From the NCBI GenBank assembly GCA_044225075.1, contig JBGAJF010000020.1, positions 951-64,950 on the forward strand: a stretch of 64,000 nucleotides of DNA. The letters are read 5' to 3'. The DNA is from Micropruina sp. (GTDB lineage: Bacteria; Actinomycetota; Actinomycetes; Propionibacteriales; Propionibacteriaceae). Shown here piece after piece: positions 56,867-64,000 of this stretch. Both the position numbers and the translations under genes were made by a program. The notes under the pieces were generated by a model that saw nothing but the letters and a program-made list of their open reading frames with translations, did no database searches and was not told the origin of the DNA. Within the stretch, counting starts at the first letter, position 1; each line of letters begins with the position of its first letter.

Positions 56867-58092
56867 CCGCCACAGATCCGACCACTACCACACGTCCGCA
56901 GATCGGGCTGCTGCTCAGCTCCGTGCTGCTGGTCTACTTCGGCCAGATGACGCTCAACCCGATCATCGCGCCGCTGTCCCGCGAGGTCGGCCTGGCGGAA
57001 TGGCAGATCGGCGTCACGATCAGCGCCGCCGCGGTCATGCTGGTGCTGACCAGCCAGTCCTGGGGACGCCGCTCCCAGGCCTGGGGCCGCAAACCGGTCC
57101 TGATCGCCGCGTTTGCGCTCGCCACCGCCACGATGACGGCGTTCGCCCTGGTCGCCTGGCTGGGCATGACCGGCATCCTTACCGGCACCGGCCTGTTCAT
57201 GCTGTTCGTGCTGCTGCGCGGCGTTGGCTTCGGATCAGCGATCGCCGCCGTCCCGCCGACCGCGCAGGCCTACATCGCCGATGTCACCAGTGACGAGCAG
57301 ACTCGGGTGAAGGGCATGGCCGGCATCGGGGCGGTGCAGGGGGTGGCGATGATCGGCGGCTCCGTTCTCGGCGGGGTGCTGGCGGCGTTCGGATTGATCG
57401 TCCCGCTGATCGCCGTCCCGGTGTTGCTGGCGGTCGGGCTGGTGCTGCTGGGCGTCCGGCTGCGTCGTGAGACGCACACCGAACTCGTCGAGCAACCGCC
57501 CCGGATCAGTCCGCTGGACGCCCGGGTGTGGCCGTTCCTGCTGGCCGGCTTCGGCATGTTCACCGCGCTGGGCTTCATTCAGGTCATCACCGGGTTCATC
57601 GTCCAGGACCGGCTCGGCCTCGACGCCCAGACCACCGGCCTGGTCACCGGCGGTGCGTTGCTGGCCGCCGGGGTGGGCATGGTGGTGGCGCAGGGCGTGA
57701 TCGTGCCGCGCAGCGGTTGGGCGCCGCAGAAGCTGCTGCGGGTCGGCACGGTCGTCGCGCTCGTCGGCTTCGCCACCCTCATTCCGGACGCCGGCGCGGC
57801 AGCGCTGTTCGTCGCGATCCTGCTGATCGGGCTGGGACTCGGCGTCGCCATGCCCGGGTACACCGCCGGCCCCTCGTTGCTGATGCGGCGCGAGGAGCAG
57901 GGCGGCCTGGCCGGGCTGATCGGCGCGACCAACGGACTTACGTTCGTGATCGCCCCCACGCTGGGCACCGCGCTCTACGGAGTCTGGCCGTTGCTGCCGG
58001 TGATCCTCGGCACGGTCGTGATGGGGATCGTGGCGGCGTTCGTCCTGGTGCATCCACGGTTCCGGAGAATCTCGGCACCCGTGGTCGGTTGA
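56863..58092 (+). CDS. MFS transporter
   Basis: WGRRSQAWGRKP motif A variant; about 12 TM segments; GTGA overlap with TetR. Confidence 0.9.
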   Translation: MTATDPTTTTRPQIGLLLSSVLLVYFGQMTLNPIIAPLSREVGLAEWQIGVTISAAAVMLVLTSQSWGRRSQAWGRKPVLIAAFALATATMTAFALVAWLGMTGILTGTGLFMLFVLLRGVGFGSAIAAVPPTAQAYIADVTSDEQTRVKGMAGIGAVQGVAMIGGSVLGGVLAAFGLIVPLIAVPVLLAVGLVLLGVRLRRETHTELVEQPPRISPLDARVWPFLLAGFGMFTALGFIQVITGFIVQDRLGLDAQTTGLVTGGALLAAGVGMVVAQGVIVPRSGWAPQKLLRVGTVVALVGFATLIPDAGAAALFVAILLIGLGLGVAMPGYTAGPSLLMRREEQGGLAGLIGATNGLTFVIAPTLGTALYGVWPLLPVILGTVVMGIVAAFVLVHPRFRRISAPVVG

Positions 58093-58559
58093 GCTTGGCG
58101 AAACCCGTTGTCAGCCGGATCTCCCAGGCGCCTCAAGCGTCTGTTGCCGACCGAACTCCAAAGGCATCTCGGTCGCCGAGTGCCAGGTGCTTGATCGAGG
58201 CGACAGCGGGCTCAAATGCACGTCCCACCAAGCCCTCATACCGACCGACTGGCCGTGTCCCAAGATCGCGTGCGGACGTCCCGGTGTCAAACTCTGCAGC
58301 ACGGCCGGTCGGTAAAGGGTCAGATCGTGCGGCCCAGGCTGACCGGATAGCGTTCGGCTGTGGACATCTGGTTCTGGCAGCCCTGCAAGACACCTTGGAA
58401 GGACTGGATCGATTGAGTGCTGAAATCGAGGCCGCCGGTGACGACGTCCAGGTCATCGAGGACGAGTAACTCATCGGTTGCCGGTGTGCGGCTCGCTTGG
58501 CAGGGGATTGGCTGCGGCCGTACCCTTTACGGTAAGTGCTTCCAGAGTGGGGGTGGACC

Positions 58560-58709
58560 GTGGCCACAAGGGTCGTGAGGGTTGCTCCTCATCAGCGCAT
58601 GGCTGCTCAGGCCTTGGTGGAGCAGTTGGAGAAAGAGGGCAAACCCGTTCCGGAGTGGACGCGCAAGATCGCCAACGCCAAGCCGAAGGTTGCCCCGACA
58701 GCGGCCTGA
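58560..58709 (+). CDS. Unlisted 49-aa small protein
   Basis: VATRVVRVAPHQRMAAQALVEQLEKEGKPVPEWTRKIANAKPKVAPTAA; amphipathic helix pattern, GGGGG RBS-like tract; below the ORF-track cutoff. Confidence 0.5.
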   Translation: MATRVVRVAPHQRMAAQALVEQLEKEGKPVPEWTRKIANAKPKVAPTAA

Positions 58710-58834
58710 ACGGCAGCGCACTTCTGTGTCAATACGCACCCCAGGCTCAACGAGCCTGTGGTGTTCGCTTTGTGGCGGACTCTCTCCTCGACCTGCAATG
58801 CCACCGTCCTACACCTGCGCCCAGCCCCGCCGTA

Positions 58835-58883
58835 GGTCGAGCTTGTCAAGACCCATCCTGACCAGGTTTCGACAAGCTCAACC
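58835..58883. repeat. REP-like element copy 3
   Basis: GGTCGAGCTTGTCAAGACC ... GGTTTCGACAAGCTCAACC. Confidence 0.8.
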
Positions 58884-58917
58884 CCCGGCGGGCAAGCTCA
58901 CTGAACAGGACGGCTAC

Positions 58918-59214
58918 TCAGTGCTCGTCGTAGTGATCGCCATGGACGGCGTGGCGATGGCCATCGTGCACGTAGTCGACGTGGTCGCCGTGCTGCACGG
59001 AGTCGTGACCGCAGTCGTCGCCGTGGGCGTGGTCAGCCGGGGCGTGCTCGGCGACTTCCTCATGCTCGTCATAGTGATCCTCGTGCGCGGCGTGGCGATG
59101 GCCGTCGTGCAGGTAATCGACGTGGTCGCCGTGCTGCACCTCCTGATGGCCGCAATCGGCGCCGTGGGCGTGGTCGGCCTGGGTGTGCTCAGCCGTGTCG
59201 TGCTGGATGGTCAT
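58918..59214 (-). CDS. His-rich putative metal-binding protein with two internal repeats
   Basis: Two copies of DHAHGxDCGHxxVQHGDHVDYxHDGHRHAxHxDHYDEH; GGAAGGGAG RBS. Confidence 0.85.
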   Translation of the reverse strand: MTIQHDTAEHTQADHAHGADCGHQEVQHGDHVDYLHDGHRHAAHEDHYDEHEEVAEHAPADHAHGDDCGHDSVQHGDHVDYVHDGHRHAVHGDHYDEH

Positions 59215-59234
59215 GAGAGCTCCCTTCCTGGAGT

Positions 59235-59555
59235 TCAGTCGTCCGCCTCTGGGTCGAGAACGGGTTCCTGGACGTGGGCGAGGGCGTCCGCGATGACGTG
59301 GGTGACGTGCCGGTCGGCAAGGCGATACGTGACCTCCTTGCCGGAACGGCTGGCGGCCACCAGGCCGCCCTGACGCAGGGTGCGCAGATGCTGAGAAACC
59401 AGCGGCTGCGAAAGTCCCGTTGCTGCGGTCAGCGCTCCCACGGTTCGCGGCTCCTCACCGATCAGCCTGAGCAACAACAACCGCGACTCGTTGCCGAGCA
59501 CTTTGAACAGTTGCGCCGCCGCAGCCAGACCGGCTTCCGCGTCCATAAACTCCAT
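59235..59555 (-). CDS. ArsR/SmtB family metalloregulator
   Basis: LFKVLGNESRLLLL, LSQPLVSQHLRTLR and VTYRLADRHVTHVIADALAH (SmtB-like alpha5 D/H ligands). Confidence 0.9.
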   Translation of the reverse strand: MEFMDAEAGLAAAAQLFKVLGNESRLLLLRLIGEEPRTVGALTAATGLSQPLVSQHLRTLRQGGLVAASRSGKEVTYRLADRHVTHVIADALAHVQEPVLDPEADD

Positions 59556-59854
59556 GCCACCACACTTATTAGAAGATTGCAATATGTCTATATTTGAAAG
59601 CTGTTCTCATCGTCACCTGCCGCCGAATGGTAGTGATGTCTGCGCCGGGCCGGCCGGATTCCCACCCTGCCGTGGCTCCAGCGGCGTTCGATTGCCGGAA
59701 CGTTCGCAGGTCAGCCGCCGGCAAACCCGCCGCTCCGGTGAGGTCGCCGCGCGGCACCTGCGGGGTGACAACTCTTGACGACGCCGGAGCGCGGCGGTTA
59801 GGTGAGGACACTCGGGCACCGCCGCCCCGGATACCCATCCGACCAGGAGTGATC

Positions 59855-62089
59855 ATGACCACCGACCAGCTTCCCCCCGTCAGCCTCACCCCCGAGCAGA
59901 TCACCCAGCACGAACGCCGCTGGACGCCGGTTCGGATCGCCATTTGGGTGGCGATCGCGCTGCTGGGCGGGACGGCGTGGTTGATGATCGCGCTAGTCCG
60001 TGGCGAGACGATCAACGCGATCTGGTTCGTGTTCGCAGCGGTCTGCACGTACTTCATCGGCTATCGGTTCTACGCGACCTACATCGAGAAGAACATCACC
60101 AAACCCGACGACACCCGGGCGACTCCGGCCGAATACCTGGACAACGGGCAGGACTACATGCCCACCGATCGCCGGGTGCTCTACGGCCATCACTTCGCCG
60201 CCATCGCCGGCGCCGGACCGCTGGTCGGACCCGTCCTGGCGGCCCAGATGGGGTACCTGCCCGGGACGATCTGGATCATCGTCGGCGTCGTCCTGGCCGG
60301 CGCCGTTCAGGACTACCTGGTGCTGTTCTTCTCGATGCGCCGCGGCGGACGCTCGCTGGGCCAGATGGCCCGCGATGAACTCGGCGTGATCGGTGGCACC
60401 GCTGCCCTGCTCGCGACGCTGACCATCATGATCATCATCGTCGCCATCCTGGCCCTGGTCGTGGTCAACGCCCTCGGCGAGAGCGTCTGGGGGGTGTTCT
60501 CGGTCGGCATGACGATCCCGATCGCACTGTTCATGGGGGTCTACCTGCGCTACCTGCGGCCCGGGAAGGTGACCGAAGTCTCGATCATCGGTTTCGTGTT
60601 GCTGATTACGGTGATCATCGCCGGCGGTTGGGTCTCCAAGACCGACTGGGGACAGCATTACCTGCACCTGGATCGTCCGATGCTCGCCTGGTTCGTGATC
60701 ATCTACGGGTTCATCGCGGCCGTCCTGCCGGTGTGGCTGCTGCTGGCCCCGCGCGACTACCTGTCCACCTTCATGAAGGTCGGCACCATCGTGATGCTGG
60801 CCGCCGCCATCATCATCGTGCGGCCCGAAATCACGGTTCCCGCAGTCAGCGAGTTCGCCGGACGAACCGACTCGCCAGTGGTACCGGGCGCACTGTTTCC
60901 GTTCCTGTTCGTCACCATCGCATGCGGCGCACTCTCCGGTTTCCACGCGCTGATCTCGTCCGGCACCACGCCGAAACTGATCGAGAAAGAACGGCAGACG
61001 AAGCTGATCGGCTACGGCGGCATGCTGATGGAGTCCTTCGTGGCGATCATGGCGCTGGTCGCCGCCATCTCCATCGACCGCGGCATCTACTTCGCGATGA
61101 ACGCCTCCGCGGCGGTCACCCAGGGCACCGTCGAGGGCGCCGTCCAGTTCGTCAACAGCCTCGGCCTCGCCGGCGTCCACGTCACACCCGAAGTGCTTGA
61201 GTCGACCGCGCAGGCGGTCGGCGAGCACTCGATCGTCTCCCGCACCGGAGGAGCCCCGACGCTCGCCGTCGGGCTGGCCACGATCATGCATCACCTCATT
61301 CCCGGCGACGGGATGATGAGCTTCTGGTACCACTTCGCGATCATGTTCGAGGCGCTGTTCATTCTCACCGCCGTGGACGCCGGCACCCGGGTGGCGCGGT
61401 TCATGCTGCAGGATTCGCTGGGCAACTTCCTGCCGAGGTTCAAGGACACCTCGTGGCGGCTGGGAGCCTGGCTGGCGACGGCCATCATGGTCGGCGGCTG
61501 GGGCGCCATCCTGATCATGGGGGTGACCGATCCACTCGGCGGCATCAACACCCTGTTCCCGCTGTTCGGCATCGCCAACCAGTTGCTCGCCGCGATCGCG
61601 CTCGCGGTCTGCCTGGCGATCGCCGCCCGCACCGGACGCAAGGCTTTGTGGGTGATCGTGCTGCCCCTGGCCTTCACCTCGGTGATCACCATCTACGCCT
61701 CGATGGAGAAGATCTTCAGCAATGTGCCGGCCATCGGCTACTGGGCGCAGCACCGGGCCTACGCCGACGCGCTGGCAGCCGGCAAGACCAGCCTGGGCAG
61801 CGCCAAGACGGTGGCGGCGATGGAGGCGGTAGTGAGGAACACCTTCATCCAGGGCACCCTGTCGATCATCTTCGTCAGCCTGGCCATCATCGTGATCGTG
61901 ACCGCGCTGATCGCCACTGCCCGGACGCTGCGCCACGGCAGCGGGGACAGCACCGAGGACCCTGCCGTGCCGTCCACGATCTACGCACCGGCCGGCATGC
62001 TCGCCTCGGAGGACGAGAAGGCCTTGGAGGCGGAGTGGGCCGCGTACCACGCCGAGCACCCGCCGCTGGTCAGGCGCGGACACCACTGA
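59855..62089 (+). CDS. cstA: Carbon starvation CstA family transporter (peptide/pyruvate)
   Basis: GHHFAAIAGAGPLVGP, WLLLAPRDYLSTFMK, IACGALSGFHALISSGTT and LWYHFAIMFEALFILT-type motif. Confidence 0.95.
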   Translation: MTTDQLPPVSLTPEQITQHERRWTPVRIAIWVAIALLGGTAWLMIALVRGETINAIWFVFAAVCTYFIGYRFYATYIEKNITKPDDTRATPAEYLDNGQDYMPTDRRVLYGHHFAAIAGAGPLVGPVLAAQMGYLPGTIWIIVGVVLAGAVQDYLVLFFSMRRGGRSLGQMARDELGVIGGTAALLATLTIMIIIVAILALVVVNALGESVWGVFSVGMTIPIALFMGVYLRYLRPGKVTEVSIIGFVLLITVIIAGGWVSKTDWGQHYLHLDRPMLAWFVIIYGFIAAVLPVWLLLAPRDYLSTFMKVGTIVMLAAAIIIVRPEITVPAVSEFAGRTDSPVVPGALFPFLFVTIACGALSGFHALISSGTTPKLIEKERQTKLIGYGGMLMESFVAIMALVAAISIDRGIYFAMNASAAVTQGTVEGAVQFVNSLGLAGVHVTPEVLESTAQAVGEHSIVSRTGGAPTLAVGLATIMHHLIPGDGMMSFWYHFAIMFEALFILTAVDAGTRVARFMLQDSLGNFLPRFKDTSWRLGAWLATAIMVGGWGAILIMGVTDPLGGINTLFPLFGIANQLLAAIALAVCLAIAARTGRKALWVIVLPLAFTSVITIYASMEKIFSNVPAIGYWAQHRAYADALAAGKTSLGSAKTVAAMEAVVRNTFIQGTLSIIFVSLAIIVIVTALIATARTLRHGSGDSTEDPAVPSTIYAPAGMLASEDEKALEAEWAAYHAEHPPLVRRGHH

Positions 62090-62094
62090 GTCCG

Positions 62095-62343
62095 ATGACC
62101 GACATCCGCGCATCCTTCCCCTCCGGCCGGCCCACATCGGGCCGGGCCTCGGTCGGACCGGACGCCGGCTGGTGGGCGCACGTCCGCTGGTTCGTCAACG
62201 GGCTGACCGGCCAGAACGCCTACCAGGCATATCTGGCCCATCACGCCCGCACCGGCTGCGCCTCGCCGCCGATGTCCGAGCGGGAGTACTGGCGGCATCG
62301 CAGTGATTGGCAGGACCGGAACCCCCAGGGGCGGTGCTGCTGA
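62095..62343 (+). CDS. YbdD/YjiX family CstA-associated small protein
   Basis: YQAYLAHH...PPMSEREYWR...NPQGRCC C-terminus directly after cstA. Confidence 0.88.
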   Translation: MTDIRASFPSGRPTSGRASVGPDAGWWAHVRWFVNGLTGQNAYQAYLAHHARTGCASPPMSEREYWRHRSDWQDRNPQGRCC

Positions 62344-62432
62344 CAGGTTCTCGACAGCCTCGAGCCAGGACAGCGCCAGGTAGGGCGGGAATGGTCGAAC
62401 TCACACATCACCGAGTCCGAGGAGTTCTCATC

Positions 62433-62994
62433 GTGTCCCGTTCGACCAAAGTCGCCGTCGCTTCGACCGCTGTCGGCCTGCTCGCCCTGGGTGGCGGCCT
62501 CAGCATCGCCGGTCAGGCGTCCGCCGACCCGACCACCTCTCCCTCGTCCAGCCCGTCCGCGTCGTCGTCCGCCCCAGGCGCCGGCAAGGACGGCCACCGT
62601 GGCGGCCCCGGACGTGGCCCGCGCGACTCCGACCTGGCCCAGAAGCTGGCCGAAAAGCTCGGCGTCGACCAGGCCAAGGTGACCGAGGCGCTGCAAGCCG
62701 TCCGCGAGGCGAACAAGCCGACCTCGCCGCCCACCGCCGGCGCCAACCCGTCCGAACGACCGGACCCAGCGACCCGCGACGCGGCGCTGGCCAAGCAACT
62801 CGCGAACAGGCTCGGTGTCGCCGAAGCCAACGTGACCAAGGCACTGGATGAGATCCGCGCCGAGCGGCAAAACCGAGCGAGCTGCCGCGCTGAAGAGCCG
62901 CCTGAACGAGGCCGTCAAGGCCGGGACGCTCACTCAGGCCGAGGCCGACGCGGTCACCAAAGCCGTGGAGAAGGGGGTGATCGGGGGTCGCTGA
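62433..62994 (+). pseudogene. Secreted hypothetical protein with a +1 frameshift at ~62868-62871
   Basis: Signal peptide and two LAEKLGVDQAKV-type repeats; removing one A restores ...ALKSRLNEAVKAGTLTQAEADAV...GGR*. Confidence 0.65.
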
Positions 62995-63057
62995 GGCCCT
63001 GGTGCGTGATGTCAGGGCAGTCTGTGCGTTTTGAGCGTTTGAGACTACCCTGGTGTC

Positions 63058-63472
63058 ATGCCCGGGTTGATCGCACACGATAAGGCGCAGCAACTGCGTT
63101 TCGCCATCGAGGGCGCCCTCAGCGGGCCGGAAGGCGTCGGGGCTGCCGTTCCAGAGATGGCCAGAGAGGCACTGTTTCGGGTCGTGGATGTACTGGAGTC
63201 GAGCGGCGGAGCCGTCGTACTGCCGTCGGACGCATTCCCTGAGCACGCAGCAGGCCGCCGAGTTGCTCGGCATCAGTCGGATGACCATCGTGCGACTGGT
63301 CGACCGCGGCGAACTGGTCGCAGTTGGCGGAGGCGTCCATCGCCGGATCGCGACGACCGAACTAGACCGCTACCGCGCGGCCAGCGCGATCCGCAGGAGG
63401 GCCGCGCTGCGCGGGCTGGCCGAGGAGATCGACGACGGCACGCCGCCGGACCAAGTGATCAGCACCCGGTGA
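63058..63472 (+). pseudogene. Excisionase-like (Xis/MerR-type HTH) DNA-binding protein with a +1 frameshift at ~63237
   Basis: LSTQQAAELLGISRMTIVRLVDRGEL...GVHRRI; the N-terminus from ATG 63058 joins if one C is removed from TTCCCTG. Confidence 0.75.
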
Positions 63473-64000
63473 GCGGCCCCACCGTCGTTCTCGATGCCTG
63501 CGTCCTGATCCCGATCAGGCTCACGACGAGCCTGCTATGGCTTGCCGAGGCTGGCCTATTCCAGCCGCTGTGGTCGGACCGGATCTTGGACGAAGTCGAG
63601 CGCAACTTGCCCAAGTGTGGGGTGCCGCCTGCACAAGCTGCCCGCCGGGTCGGCATGATGCGGGACGCGTTCAACGCGGACGCCCTGGTCGAAGGCTTCG
63701 ATGAACTGATTAATGAGATGACGTGCGATTGGAAAGACCGCCACGTGCTCGCGGTTGCTGTGCACGACCATGCCGACGCGCTGGTGACGTTCAACCTGAA
63801 GGACTTCCCCGCACATGCGACCAACCCCTATGAAATCGAAGTCCTCCATCCCGACCCGTTCCTCTGTGAGATGCTCGCCGAGCGCCCCGCCGAGGTGACG
63901 ACCGTCTTCGCGACGCGAGTCATGGACCTCCGCAGACCGCCAGAGACAGTTCTGGGCTGGCTGGCCGGCCTCACCGCAACGGTGCCCACGTTCGCCAACC
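63469..64000 (+). CDS. PIN domain protein (putative toxin), runs off the window end
   Basis: VVLDACVL, PLWSDRILDE, DRHVLAVA and LVTFNLKDFP; GTGA overlap with the HTH gene; absent from the ORF track because there is no stop in the window. Confidence 0.88.
   Translation, partial: MSGPTVVLDACVLIPIRLTTSLLWLAEAGLFQPLWSDRILDEVERNLPKCGVPPAQAARRVGMMRDAFNADALVEGFDELINEMTCDWKDRHVLAVAVHDHADALVTFNLKDFPAHATNPYEIEVLHPDPFLCEMLAERPAEVTTVFATRVMDLRRPPETVLGWLAGLTATVPTFAN

Noticed and set aside
59993-62137. 714-aa minus-strand ORF and similar long shadows (3094-4950, 12522-14309, 19113-21203, 23609-25312)
   Set aside because: They overlap well-supported genes on the opposite strand and have low-complexity Arg/Gly/Ala composition
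62335-62343. Selenocysteine readthrough at the YbdD-family CC-TGA end
   Set aside because: Both terminal cysteines are already encoded by TGC, and I saw no SECIS-like hairpin or sel genes in the window
63058-64000. Open frame from 63058 to the window end as an HTH-PIN fusion
   Set aside because: The middle part is out-of-frame nonsense and the HTH is in the other frame; one extra C explains it

Overview
High-GC actinobacterial chromosome segment. A Propionibacteriales-like origin is an inference from gene content and style. It holds about 50 CDSs and no rRNA, tRNA, CRISPR array, integrase or transposase that I could see. The core blocks are gnd, mntH-mntR, GH15, treY-treZ, a eukaryote-type two-domain PFK, a peptide ABC operon, and the glnA1...glnE-glnA2-map nitrogen locus with GlnR boxes. 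About 20 kb of accessory genes sit between glnA1 and glnE: yjbR-aph, VOC, MFS, GH32, PIG-L, a secreted protease with a LAL regulator, dprE1-dprE2, a two-component system with a CPBP protease, an AftB-like glycosyltransferase, an MBL hydrolase and an inverted-repeat-flanked AbiEi/DUF559 gene. A metal-homeostasis region at 52-59.6 kb carries repeated Zur/Fur-type boxes, a CobW GTPase, a metal-independent class I aldolase and a His-rich protein with an ArsR regulator. The window ends with cstA-ybdD and an Xis-HTH/PIN pair. Best leads: (1) a 1.16-kb transposase-free cassette with 57-bp terminal inverted repeats carrying one wHTH-nuclease gene; (2) a putative zinc-sparing regulon including class I FBA; (3) an att-like duplication of the glnA 3' end and other duplications spanning stop codons; (4) a mycobacterial-type DprE1/DprE2/AftB arabinosylation set. 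Several frameshifts, some in homopolymers, suggest sequencing or assembly errors. Starts were refined by eye from -10/RBS context. No searches were run.
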